Below are positions 39,344 through 52,736 of a DNA stretch of 64,000 nt, one piece after another. Both the position numbers and the translations under genes were made by a program. The notes under the pieces are model-generated. The model had not been told where the DNA came from, made no database searches, and saw only the letters and a list, made by a program, of their open reading frames with translations. Location of the stretch: the NCBI RefSeq assembly GCF_001949145.1, contig NW_019091357.1:1977704-2041703 (forward strand), written 5' to 3'. Each line of letters begins with the position of its first letter. Position 1 is the first letter of the stretch. Source of the DNA: Acanthaster planci. Its lineage: Eukaryota.

Positions 39344-41495
39344 ATGGCCAAGTCCAAGCCAAGTTTAACCGCAAATATAACCAGTTACCTCGAGGGCCAT
39401 GTGTACCCAGAAAAGCGAACCACCAGGTTGTCGCATCAGGGACTTATTGAAAGGACTGTGGCACCAATTCTTCAGCTTGTCGGGGAGAATGACGACCGTT
39501 TTCAGACCGATGTACCCCGCACTTCAGACTGTACCTTCGGGGTGACTGCCGTTGGCGAACACCGCTTCGATATCTTGGTCCCACTTCGTAATCTCCTCAC
39601 CCGGAAAAGTCAAGGTGTACCGGCAGAAACGGAGTGCTTCACCTACACGGATTCTAGTCAGAGCGCTAATCCTTACGTCAAGCCGTTGCCTGGCTTTGGG
39701 TTTGTGAGGACAGACACGACTGTCACGCTTCTACAGGATTTGTGCGGCAGAAATGAGGATGTAGGTTGCTATGGTTACAGATGGCGGGCGTGATTCTGTG
39801 GGTTAGATGCCCCCATCCCGACCATTAAAAACATTTCCTTGTGAACTTTCAACACTCCTCCCCTCCCATTTCAGAATTCTTCAAATTGTCCTAGAATACA
39901 TGAAACAAAATAAACAATCAAGCAATTCTGTGAAAAATCTCTTAAAATTTTCTGAATTAAATTTAAAAAAATATTTTGCAATGCTTATAAAAGCGCAGTT
40001 TAAATATACCTGTTAAATGAAGTTAATTGTAGACTTAAGTTGTTTACAAAGGGTGATACTTTGAGCTGAACTTTTTTAAATTCCAAGTGTTATTGAGTTC
40101 AGGCGATGAATGTACCAATGAATTTATTTTCACAGGAGCAGGGTTCTTTGTTGATGCCTGGTAAAGTCTTGCGTCGGTTCCATCGTCATATTGAGGCGGC
40201 AGTCCACACATTGGAGCAAGAATGCTTCTGGGAACGAGAGCCGACAGTCTACCAGGTCATGGTCCAGCTGGAAGGTCAGTTCAGGGATACAATGCTAGAG
40301 TGTCCACAGTGGCCATTTTTCTCTGGGTGGCTACTTTAGCCAGACTTCACCGTGCAAGTATCTAGGACATTGGACAGAATACCTGTACCCAGATTCTCGA
40401 ATAAACTCATACTTGCTTTTTTTTCTTGGTTTATTTGAATAAAACTGGGTGTAATCATACAAATTCTGCTTTAAATTTGCTGAAGGATTGTGTTGTATAA
40501 GATCTCTCAAGTAAAGATACATGACCTTTCTGATTTCAGGACCTTCTGTGACACTGACTGTTCTCATGAGGGGCAATACCTACACTGTTAGTCTCTTACC
40601 AGCCATTCATGTGAACACATGGCCAGGGGAGATATTGAGCCAATGGCCTCATTGTTCATGGATGTCATTGAACAAAATTGAGTCCGTCAAATCACATTTC
40701 TACCTCTTTGCAATAAGGTATGTGGCCGTAGTTTGACAGATATTATGAGAGAGGAATATTTTGTCAGAGAAGTTTCCTTTTTTTCAAGAAAAAGAATGCC
40801 TTATTATTTCTTACCATCATAATTTTTGTGTGTGGAACTTTCTTATTTCTTTCCATGTAGAAAAAGCCAAGGATGTTTATCTTCAATAACATTTTTCAAA
40901 GACTTTTTGACCATTTGTAAAATTTGAAGTATTCTAGCCAGTTTTTTAACTGGTTTTGATTTAGAAATCCATTTTTGTTTTGACTTGTAGGCCTAAAGGG
41001 ACTGACGATGCTCGTAAACTGTGGTGTGGCTGTTTTTACCCTGGTGAGATACTTCTAGCCTCACAGGCAGATGATGGTAGCAATAAGGATACATGCCGAC
41101 ATCGGGCCTTGGATGCTATGCTCGCGGTGCAGGATGAGAACTGCCAGGACTTCCATCCAGTCACCTCTCGCATCATCCGCACTGCATTCCTGCACCAATG
41201 TGTGCAGTATCCCCAGGACGAAGACTGGGAACCAGACAAGCTGGGCCGCGCCTTCGTGGACCTTTTCCTGGCCATCATCCAAGGCCTTATCAAAGGGGCT
41301 TGTTCTCATTTCTTTCTCCCCCAAACAAACCTTTTGGCTGGTTACGACAAGAAAGACCTGAGGCGGGTTGCCGCCCACCTCAAGGTGATTCTGAATGACG
41401 TTGTGCAGCGTCCTGACCAAACCAACTTCCTGGGAGACTCTCGTGGACGGAAGAAATTCTCTCTGTTGAAAACAACTTGTGGTCCGAAATTCTAA
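39344..41495 (+). CDS. Mab-21 domain (cGAS/MAB21-fold) protein, divergent, ~412 aa, 4 exons
   Basis: Exons 39344-39760, 40136-40274, 40540-40717, 40991-41495, phases 0/1/2 consistent. Family motifs DDRF...HRFDILVPL, LMPGKVLRRF, YTVSLLPAI..WP, LWCGCFYPGE, CRHRAL, IIRTAFLHQC..YP.DEDW, CSHFFLPQTNLL. Confidence 0.8.
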
Positions 41496-44400
41496 CATAC
41501 TGTGATAACCAGCAAATAGCAGGCTGAAAAGAACTTTTAGAAAGGATGAAACTATTATTTTTACTCGGATAGAACATTGTTCATGTTGTTGCAGATTTTG
41601 GGGAGTAAACGTAATTTTAATTACAATAAACTTGTATTTACTTACAGTTGTTAACATATTTTGCATAGTACCTTTCTTTGTATTCAAAGAAAATTATACA
41701 TGACCCAAGAAGATATTAAAAACCTTGGATGAAATTTAAGATCTGTTTGAAACTTGACTTTTTTAATCCAGACAAAATGACTATCTCGTGGGAGGTTGGC
41801 ATTACACCGCAAAACCCCATTGCTGTGTCGGGCGTTTTGGTTCCTTGTTTACGATTTTCACTGAAAGAACTATGAGTGGAGACTTAATTGTCTCGGATTA
41901 AACAGAAGAATTGACTGTCAGTTGGGGTGTCAAGCCTTCCTTCGGTGGTGACGAGAGTTGGCTTTGGTCATTGGGGGCGCTGCTTCGGTATGCCGCCTTA
42001 TTAGAGCTCTGAGAGAATTGTATTACGTGAGATGCGTATCCGCTTGAAATGCATGGATCGTCACACTCGATATCGCTTCAATAGGGCGTGCCTGATGGAG
42101 CGTAAAGTTTGTCGGACCACAAGCATTGAAATAGCCCCTCAAATAAAAATTCACCTTGAAAATGCCAACAATTCCTATAACTGCATCAACGTTCTTTTTA
42201 TACTGAGCTTGTATGTGCAAGGCGTTGAAGTACTGCCGCTGTCTATTTGAGTTTTCGGAGTAGTACACACCTTGACAAGTTAGCTTTGTTACGGTCTTCT
42301 TTTAGGTAACGGTTAACCCCTGTCTTCGTTATCTGGTTCACACTGTTAGTCACCGTTCCCACTTCTACATTTTAACCAATTATTTTAAACCGTATTCACT
42401 TGTAGATCCAAACGTGATATTGATTTATGATATTATGAAGTAATCGGCTAAGTTTAGAAGGACAAGGTCGACAAAGCTAGGTCAAAATACTCGATGCCAC
42501 CACTACCCTCACTATGAAAGTGTGCCTCGCTGGTATGCCTTCACAATCGATATTAACTTCAGTGGACCACTTTTCAATGAACCCGAGCAGCCTGAAAACG
42601 TATAATAATACAGAATTCTTGTCACATAGGGCCTAGACCTTTGGACACGGCATTGTTCAGTAGCGGGGCACGAACTCCGGTCCAAAGTACCACCGCGACT
42701 TCCAACATTAATTATGTGATTATGGAGATAAAAGAAATGACTCGCACTGTACTCGGATTACTATAAAGCCAAGATATCGAGACTCTAGGTTGTTTGTTTC
42801 CAAGATGGATTTGACTTGTCTGTTTCTTCGGCATGGAGTGATATACATCTTGGTGGCTCTTCTCTGTATTATTCAGTTGGTCGGAATTATGCTCCGAGTA
42901 CACTGTGAGTAGGTTTATCATTTTCCAGTTGGGAAACCCGGGAGTTGACAGCAAGGGTGGGGAGCTATATATATCAATCGGAGAAAGTTCCCGCCCAAAG
43001 CTGGTGACGCGGAACTGCAAATAATTTATGCCATTGCGTTCAGCCAAAGTATAGCTATTCAGCAAAATTACAGATATTGGTATTATCGGAAAACCGGGAT
43101 TAAATGAGGTCACAGTAACAGGAAATTGTCTTTCTTCTTAGGTGAAATCTGCCTGTTATATCTCTACTCCTAATTGATTAGGCCCACTTTTATTATCCGC
43201 ACATTTTTACGTTTTGCCTGCAACTCCGCCGTGTTAGTTTACGTCTGCAGTCTGTCATATTCTTTAAAAGTCTCTTTATCCTTAATTTTACCCAGCACTT
43301 GTCAGATAATTTAGTTGCAGGCACTAGAGAGTATTTCAGCATCACATCTCTGTAGCAACCTTCTTCCAACGAGAGCTTCGACATTCGCAACTGTCAACGA
43401 CTTCCCTTATAAGTTGACAACTTCAAGTTCCAAAAAATATTTAAACACTCTGTAAGACATATTTCTTGTCCGCGAAATCTTATATTTAAAAGAGTCGCCT
43501 TTTAGAGGAATTTTTAAAAATCATGAAGTCACTAATGGATGAGTTCAATCATTAATGATGTTTGTTTCCCAACTATGACCCCTTTCCATTTCACACGTCA
43601 CCGCGCTTTACCATAGCTTCGCCCAACTTTGTTAAAAGTTGGTGCGTACAAGACCTGTAAATGCGGGTCACATTTTGTTTATGTACATAAATATATGCAT
43701 GCGCACTCGCAAACATACAATTTCTTATGCATATGGTCAAGAAATTAAAGTTTTTCATGTATGGGCCATTAATGATTATGAATATGATTTACATCAGGAA
43801 CTAACGGGACGGTGTTTTGTGGTTTTTATTTTTTATTTGTTGACCGTTCTCGTGCATAATTGAAGGGTTTAGCCTTCAGTTCCTGATGACACTTTTATCA
43901 GTTTGTACATAACATTTTTCATAAGATGTTTTCAGCAAACCTGCTGTGCTTGTATTTACCCTATCTTCCAACTCATGGAACTGGCTTCGCGTCCCAAGCA
44001 TGACCCACCCAGGTATTTTTTTTCATTGCCTCAGGCCCTAGCCACTTCGGAAATCTAGGTGTTGCTCGAGTCTGGCTTGCGCTTGCCATGAGTTCCTGAA
44101 GACTTTGATATTTTCTCAGTTTGGACATATTTTCGATGTTCGCCTCCGTATTCAACACTGAACAATAATTCATATACACTGCGCGTTAATTTTGGCCAAG
44201 TAGCCATTGCTGGAGTACACTGACAATTAGTCGACCCCACCCATCACTGTGCGGCCTAAGTTAATCATAGAGGGCGGTGTTTAGAAGGCCATTGACTAAT
44301 CAGAAGTGCTTATTTTAACCAGGAAGATCAATACATTCACTATGCACAGAGGGTTCGGGTAGTAGGCGTTGTGCTGTGGGTACGGTAATGCGTGAATCAC

Positions 44401-44869
44401 GCATTGTGCTCATGTGATCGTGCCGCTTAGTTATGAGACATGCATGCAAGATGGTGGACTGCCGCAGAAATCCTGGTCAGTTTCTTTCCCGTAGTTATTC
44501 GCGATTTTTCCGCCAGGATGTCATCTGAAACGTAGCCTGGACACTTTGGATCGTTGTTCTTCAATCTGGTGGGTCTTCCAGGCGTTCTCTCGGCGTGGAT
44601 TTTTTACCATGAGAGTCGTCCGGAATGGCTAGGTTCCGAGCCGGGAGCCGTTGGGGCTGGACTGGCAACGCGAGCGGGACATTATTGCAACATCGGCCGG
44701 GTGGGTGGACTGCGAGCTCACCGGTTGCCCGTCTTGAATTTAGTGCCCCGAATCGAAGGGGATTTCTGGGATATCTCTGACATCTATCTATCGACCTTAT
44801 TTCCCTCAAGTTGGACTACCCCAGCCGGTGATTGGACCGGAGAAGGGGTAGTGATTTTAGGAGTTCACC

Positions 44870-44999
44870 ATGCGTGTTTATATGATAATGGGAACAGTCG
44901 TTTACAGGACACACCACACATGGCTGTCGCGACTGTTCCTAATTTGCGTGACTCTTTTCATGATCTGGACAGTTCTAATTTCACTGCAGTTAAAGAGTG
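44870..44999 (+). CDS. Probable first coding exon of an unidentified secreted or membrane-anchored protein; the gene continues beyond the window
   Basis: M(RVYMI)MGTVVYRTHHTWLSRLFLICVTLFMIWTVLISLQLKS has a basic stretch then a ~20-aa hydrophobic segment. It ends at a strong phase-1 donor G|gtgagt and sits downstream of a CpG-rich promoter-like region (44380-44760). Confidence 0.55.
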
Positions 45000-45371
45000 G
45001 TGAGTATTATCTTTGTATTGGAGTTGAAAAACTGTTTATTATTAAGTTATCATAGTGCAATCGTGACATAAAATTGTTCTTTCATCATGTCATGTATGTT
45101 ATTCAAAACAGGTGTGCTGTCATGAGCATCATGAGGATTTTTCTCCTTTTTAACATTTTGATATTGGTGGGGAAAACACTTGATGCCCCCGTGCACAAAC
45201 CTACAAGACTTGTCTGAAAAAAAGTGTTTTCCAAGTAAATTCTTAGGAAGATTAGCTAAATTTTACTCTTTACAAGTTATCAGTATCGCTTGCATGATAT
45301 AATGATATATATAATGCAATCAACAGATTGCATTGATTGACAGAGTGTTTTCGTCCATTGGTCATCGATTA

Positions 45372-45634
45372 CAGGTCATTCCATGAGGTTGGGGCACAAT
45401 TTGTGATGGTGTCCTTGTTAAATCGGGTTATTTTTAACCACCTGTCGTGACCTGTAGAGTAGGTCATTTACTCTGTAAATTCAGCCTTGCAAGATGTAGC
45501 CTTCCAAATGTCCATTTGGAATCCGCATGCAGGGAAACACCGGTACATGTTCACTGTAGCTGTTCATTTTTACGGAACCGATGTAACAACTGACACCGTC
45601 ACAAAATTGTGCCCCAACGTCACCGAATGACCCG
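45372..45634. mobile_element. MITE with ~48-bp terminal inverted repeats
   Basis: CAGGTCATTCCATGAGGTTGGGGCACAATTTGTGATGGTGTCCTTGTTA versus TAACAACTGACACCGTCACAAAATTGTGCCCCAACGTCACCGAATGACCCG. Confidence 0.8.
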
Positions 45635-46666
45635 GGTGTGAGCGGCATGCACCCATGTCACATTCTATCATTGTCCGTGACAGTGGACACAGGTGATTAC
45701 TGTGTTGTCAGTGTTCGTGTATAAATTTTTTATACAATGCTTACATGAGTACCGTAGATTTTGCACCTTCAGTGCGCTAGTCATAGGCAAACTCTAGAAA
45801 AATGACGCATCACCTACAGGAAATTTTACTTGAAAAACTTGCATTCTGCCACGGATACAAAAACGGCTGTGACAAGACATCATGAACTAGATGGACTTAT
45901 TCCCATTTGCCCAACCAGACTGGCCCTGATTCAAATGTCACAGAGTTGTAAACCTGATACTGTATTTTTTGTTTATTTCTCATTTGTCTTCTAACATCTG
46001 CACTGTATTTTACAGCCAATTAGGTTCACAAATTATTGCGTCATTATAAATTACATTAAAACTAAACTTAAAAAGACACAAAAGGTTACAGTGCCTGGGG
46101 TAAAATGGGACGATGTTGTGATGGGATGATGTGGTCACGGGGTTTACTGTAGAACTGCTGGGGGGGGGAGTAACCTTGGGCAAAGTGATTGGAAAACCCC
46201 AGCAGCTGTCGTTGCTCCAGTGTTGAGCTCAGGGATTCTGGTAAGAGGATCTTGATAAATAAGTTAATTTGTGAGTTAATCATTCGAGAATGTCCATTTA
46301 AATTTAAAATGATTGGTTTGTGTGCATGCATAAACTACAGGTCGATTTTCACTTGTTCCAATCTGCATTTTATTTCCCAAGACAAATTTGCATTTAGAAA
46401 GGGAGAAAAGATGGAGTGGGCTTCTGAATGCAACAGAATTTGCACAGGTACTGTAACTGTGGTGCAAGTGAAATTACTGTTACCATAGAATACAAGAACA
46501 AAGAAACGTCCCTTAATTTTCCAACTTTATAAGGCAGTCCTTTCACTTCACGGGTTGACTTTGTTGTATCAAAAAAATTATTTGTTGTAGATTGTATTGT
46601 TTGACATGATGATTTCAACTATTATGTTTTCCATTCTCACAAAGGATCACATTTACATTAAAACCG

Positions 46667-46740
46667 TAACCCTACATCATACTACAAATTACTAGTTGCA
46701 GTAAAATGTAGTATTCAGCCCTGTCGCTTGTAAGAGGACC
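46667..46740. repeat. Dispersed repeat; inverted copy at ~50244-50317
   Basis: ATACTACAAATTACTAGTTGCAGTAAAATGTAGTA...CTTGTAAGAGGAC versus GTCCTCTTACAAG...TACTACATTTTACTAGAAGTAGTAATTTGTAGTAT. Confidence 0.75.
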
Positions 46741-48296
46741 TTTAAGCATAGTCCTTGACCATATACATGTACTAGTGCATGTAAGGTTTCTGTAGTTAGT
46801 TTGAGACAAAGGACATTTGATAGAATTACTGTTCTTGTACCGGTACATGCTCATCCTCTGGCACATTCAAATCAGTCAGTATGTCGGTATATACAGTGTA
46901 CGTCGGTATATACAGTGTACCTCTTCTAGACACTTTAAAACAAGCCTTTTGCGAGTTCCATTTGAATAAAATCTGGTACACAGAGTTCTTTAAATGAACA
47001 TAACAATTGGAATTCTCCATACTAAAGCCACTGTTGGTTATACCTCGTGATTCGAGACAAGCTTTTTCTTAGTTACATAAAAGACACCTTGCAACAATAC
47101 ACTGTTCTCAATGGAAAAGAAGGGCACAAAGGAACCAGTCCATTCCAGAGATGGTGGTCGCTAAGCAAAAGATTGCCCCAACAGTGTATTTAGTCTGGGG
47201 AATTGAAATTCTTATGTTTGTGTGCAATCAGATAACTCAGTGTACCAGATTTTATTCAAATTTAACTCGCAAATGGTTTATTGAACAGCCATCAATAACT
47301 GGAGGCACATTCACAGTGTCCAAGAATTTCTTCACTGTTTTTTTTTTTGCAGTGAAAAAAAAAGAAGAAGTTTTTCACAGACATTGCCGGAAAAGTCAAT
47401 TGTGCTTTTAAAAAACTCCACACCAAAAATGCCTGACGGCAAAATTGTCGTATTTTAGTTGAAATTGTCCAATTTATTGAAGAGGCTGGAGATATAACTC
47501 CAGTTGGATGAAGCTTAAAGAATCTTAGAAGAATGCAGTGAGATCCGTTACAATTTATGTGCAGAACGTTTTAGGTGTCCCATTATTGAGTTGTCTGATT
47601 CCTCGTTGGCGTACCATATACATGTACCTTTTCCACTTGCATTTTATAAGGCTGTCATTTTTCTTGTACACAAATCATGAATGGTAAATCATTTTGATGA
47701 TCTACGCTGTTTCTTCCGCCGATAAATCTGCCGTCTCCAAGAAATAAAAGAGTTAAATAAATAAAATGACAAAAAATGAATAACTAAATGACCCCAACAA
47801 ATTGAATGTACAGATGTGCACAGGACAGTGTGTGTTCAAAATGTGAAGGTGTGGGTTTGTGTGGAAATTCCAATAAATTTTAATGGTTGGTTTATGACGA
47901 GAGAGCTTGTCGCAGTCTGTACGCATTAATGCAGAATCACATGTCGTGGCCGAACATTGGCCTTCTTTTTTTGCAGCGTGAGACCGTGAGCTGTAGAATT
48001 TCCTCCGGCGTTTCTTCCAGGGACCTTGCTAAATTGGCCAGTGTCTAGCGTGTATTAAATATGCATTGCACTTAGAGTTACCGTAAACATCAGGACACTT
48101 GGCCATATGGCTTCCACACCGTACATTGTACCTGTACATGAGAATGAAATACAACTTACAATGTAAATTACCGATGGGTTGAGGTGTGTGCTAAACGAAA
48201 GTGGTACCAGTCAGAAAAAATACCCTACGCATGAAATGGTTTATTTCATATTATAATTTTGTTACCAGCCAATCGTTTCCCTTACATGTATGTTAA

Positions 48297-48356
48297 CATG
48301 TACATGTACGTGTACATGTACGTGTACATGTACGTGTACATGTACGTGTACATGTA
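48297..48356. repeat. (TACATGTACGTG)n microsatellite
   Basis: About 5 tandem 12-bp units. Confidence 0.9.
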
Positions 48357-50853
48357 CTGTTATAACCATATTTTATTTACTGTCTTTTCAGGCAGACAGC
48401 AAAGAATATTTTAAAAGTGTACAGTATTTTCTGGGAGGGGGTTAATGAACACTGTTCTATCCTGTTCTTGTACCCTATCTGGTACAGTGCCCAAATTTAA
48501 GAGTTTAATCGGTGAGTGTCTTTGGTTGTAAGGCACAGTTGGCAGTTCCAATCTGCTATCGTCAGTTGCTTTTCCTTTTTTCTTTGAAATCTGGGGTGAA
48601 GTTTCTTTCTTTGGTACCCTGGTACTGTGGTACATCAAGTATCAATGTCATCTTGCCCGTGTTACTGTTTTGGGCTGGTGCACTGTGCATGCAGGCGACA
48701 TGGGCTGGCGAGCGCAGCCCAATAGCACTACCGATAGAGGGCGCTACATTCACGAGAGACAAACTGCCGGAAACCAGTCTTGTAGAATCTGGCGGTCTTA
48801 CCGGAAAACTTCTGAGCATGCCTCGCGCGCTCAAGACCATGAGTAATAATAGTGTACGTGTAGGTACTGCCGAAGACCGCGCGCCATGCAAACTGCAGTA
48901 TTTGGCAGTGTGCATGCGCGATTATTCGTGGTACATGTGATTTGAATCTGGCAGGCTGACCAGAAAACTTCTGAGCATACTACACGCGCTCAGATTACCG
49001 TGAAGAGGGTGGCAGCAATAAATTTTTTAGACTCAACTTTGTTGCAGCTCTCTACCCTCCTTCGGTGTGTGAAAATTATTTTGACAGTATCCCGCTTACA
49101 GGTAGCAGTAGTTTACATGACATGTATCGAAAAGGACACCTTTTACATTGAAAATTGTCTGTGCTTTGTTGGACAGTTGAGGGCGCTGTTGCTGAGATGT
49201 CATCCAGTGAAGACATTGTTCAGTGCATCCTTCCAGGTACATGTACCTGTAGGTTTTCTCTTCACACTTGTGAACCTACATGTAGAATTTACTCTCTGGA
49301 TACATTTCTGAGGAAGGTTTGCTGGCTTGTTGATTGCCACGTACACCGGTACCGGTACGTGCACTAGTACTGGGTATTTTACACACAACAGTACCGGTAA
49401 ATCATCAAAGAAAAGAAAATTTAGGCCAGTAAAATTGAAAAACAAAAAGGAAAAGATTTTTGTGCACAAACCAAAGTAACATTGAGGTTGTCTTCCTGGC
49501 TTGACATCACAGTCTGTGGAAACTCTCACGAACACAAGAGCTGAACAAGGCAGATACTGCACAGGTCTGTAAGCCTAATAATACCCTTTGAAATTGTGAG
49601 GGGAAAAGTCCAAAGAAGGTTAACCGATCACACAACCTGTCCGAGAATTGTATTTAAATTTGCAATGGAGAAATGTACAATGTACATTCTGTATACAGTC
49701 TGTATGTATGTTAATCATGCGCCAGTTCCTTCATTATACAGTTAGGTACAAAGGGTAACTTGCCAGTAAGGGACGTACATGTACGTGTACTATACATCTG
49801 AATGGCCACTCCCTATTAATGTTCTAGATGCAGCTTGGGTACGAGGGTCCATAGTCCTTCTGTCCCCCTTTTTTTCCCATGTATGCCCGTTTTTTTCCCC
49901 TGCACTCTGTAGAAATGCTGTGAAGAATTCCAGTGAATGGCTCGACCTTTCAAATTAATACCCAGAGGACTACATGTACATGTACGTGTCTATGATGTAC
50001 CAGCACATTAACCCTAACCGCCAAGCATTTTGTTTGGCTTACAGTACTCAGTACTGCAAAATACTAAGTAGTAGCCTGAGCCTGAAGGACCTAGCGCTAC
50101 AAATTACTACTTCTGGCTAGGTAATCCATTGTTACTTGTACAGAGCACAATAAAGCCATGCATTCATAGTACCACAGCACTGTATGGTACATGTACATTG
50201 TCTTATCTATCATATTCGTGGCTTCACAGAACAATGCGGTCATGTCCTCTTACAAGCAGCAGCACTGATTACTACATTTTACTAGAAGTAGTAATTTGTA
50301 GTATTATCCTGGTTAGGTTTAAAAAAGATGCCTTTTCCCCCACCAGTACATGTACATGTACAGGTAGATGGGGGTATAAATTTCCTTCATTGGCTAAAGC
50401 AAACATCAACATACCGCATGGTGCTTCTAGATATGGCACTTGTTTGCTCTTGTATGTGTGTTTGATTGTCTCAATTTTTGTGTAATTCAGCATTTGAAGT
50501 AGACACTTGAGTATATGGGCATAAGCAGCTTTCTGCTATGCTTCTATTGGATAAGATCTCTTCCATTTACATGTATCATGTTATTTCTCTGTCTGTGTTG
50601 TCTTCATGTACTGGTAATTATTTTGTTCTCAAATGATCAGCAGTTCTTCAGGAAAATACGGTATATTAAACAGCATTTACTGGCAAATGCATTTTTTTAA
50701 AGAAAGGCTAAGGATTACTGGTACATTTGGAAGATACTCCGATTTCTTGAGTTACATGTATTCGTGTGAAGTTTCTGCATGTATGCATTGATGTTCCCAA
50801 ACAATCGTGGACGTTAAACAAAAGAATTAATGACCGTCCACGATTCCCGATAC

Positions 50854-50933
50854 GTCCACGATTGCCAAACGTGTACAAAACATATTAGAGGCCTTCCAAA
50901 AAAGTTAAAGTATGAACAAAAGAGGACAATGGG
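50854..50933 (+). repeat. Dispersed repeat; diverged direct copy at ~967-1050
   Basis: Shared pattern GTCC.CGATTG...GTGTACAAAAC.TAT...CTTC..AAAAAGTT.AAGTA..AACAAAAGAGGA.CAAT.GG. Confidence 0.7.
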
Positions 50934-52736
50934 AACGTCCAGGATTGCCCAAAACACCTGTTTGCTTGTATAATGTACATGTAGCTGCACAATTGCACGT
51001 CCATACATGATGCTGTATCTAGGACATTTTCCCGATTCAGATTCTGGGCAGCTCTCTTTAGACCTGTGCAAGTGTATGTAGCGTCTGCAATTTACATGGT
51101 CATAAAAGAGCCATAACGTTCACACACCAATATGTATGGCTAACAGGTACCAATTGTGCTTAGATACGAGCGTGGGCTTGGCGGCACGCTGTCCTGGGGA
51201 AAGTCATTACATTGTACTTAGCCTCATGCAGCGTGTCTCGCAGAGATGTGTAGACGGGACACAGGATGGGGACTGCTTTTGAAGCACCAATCTCGTGTCA
51301 TTGACCTGCAGTCACACTATAGCCTACAGGCGTGCATTAATTCATATGCATTAATTCATTAATTGGTTATAGGCCCTGCGTGGTCACTTCAATTTTTTTG
51401 TGAATTGGTGCGTATAGAATGCTTTGCACACGAACATGTACTATACATGTACAATACCATTTTCCACAGAAACTGCACGGTCTTTGGGGCCAAGGACTGT
51501 CTGAGAATTTATTAACATTGCGCAAGTATCTTTCTATTAAAGATGGCTAAAGCTTGAGGAGTAGGTTTGTATACCCTGTCAAAATAATTTTGCAACCTTG
51601 GGCAAAATAACATGCAGTGGCTGTTTGTATAAACCTAAGGGTACCGGTACATGGTGGATAATGTATGCGTTGTTTATGTAACGGTCCATGTGTATATAAA
51701 AAATAAATGGAAACAAAAATTCACTGAAGGATTGGGTTTTTCCCTTGCACTCACATATGTACCCTATATGCTACTTAAATAACTAGCCCTAACACTCTTC
51801 CATCCTTCACCTGTTGGAGGATTGAGGACTTCTAGGGCTAAAGTTATGCCTGGAATCGACACGTCCTGCAAACCTGCATTATGTATGTGTGCACACACAC
51901 ACCTGTAGCATGGGTGCACATGCGCATGCAAGATTATCCAGAAATTAATTCCCATGATGAACGAATTTACGCTGCGTGTAATGGCTGGCTTTTGTGAAGT
52001 TGTAACAGATGGTGCAGCATGATTCATGTTGGTTATTTTCATCAGGAGGAATACTTTTTTGGGGGGGGGGTAGTCAGGTAGTGAAATTTCATTTCAGCCG
52101 TCTCATTTTCCGTAAAAGTTGCATATTTTGTTAATTAGTTTGAGGTTTACTCTGTACTGACTGCAGATGTTCAGTGGACCCTGCTTGATGGCTAATACAT
52201 GTATCTGTTTTCAGATGCCTGTATGCATTTACAATGTACTACCGTACCAAGCAGAACAAATTCTTTCTTTCGATACTTGTACGTGTATATGTAGGCCTAA
52301 TTATTTTTTTCCCTGCCAAATGTTGACCCAAATGAACCAGGTTACTCCTGCACAAGCCTCATGTTGGCATTTAATAAGAGTGCCTGTATAGCAAAATTTG
52401 TTGTGAGTAAACTACCATTTCTGGTATGGTTGCCCATAATGCAGACTCTCTATTTCCTTTGAGGTTTTCGCCTTTTTTCAGATTTCATACTCATCACTGG
52501 TCCTATACACATCCTGTTACCCATAGAGCTAAAAAAAAACCTTGAGTATTAACTCAGATGCCTGCAGATCCGTCCTTTTTTCAGCTCAATTTGCCTGGAA
52601 TTTAGTCATTGAAAAAAAAAAAGAGAAAACATTTACCAGCAGAATGGGTTCTTGAAGCCGGTGCAGTGAAAGATGATTTTACCGGTATGGACATGTAAAT
52701 ACGGTGTAACGGTACCTGTCGTGGCTGAACCCTATC

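Noticed and set aside
41061..41687. 208-aa minus-strand ORF
   Set aside because: It is the antisense shadow of the Mab-21 exon 4 and has no recognisable motifs.
44554..45003. 149-aa plus-strand ORF
   Set aside because: It has a non-ATG start in a CpG-rich leader, and its phase at the 44999 donor hits a stop in the candidate next exon. The alternative hydrophobic frame fits better.
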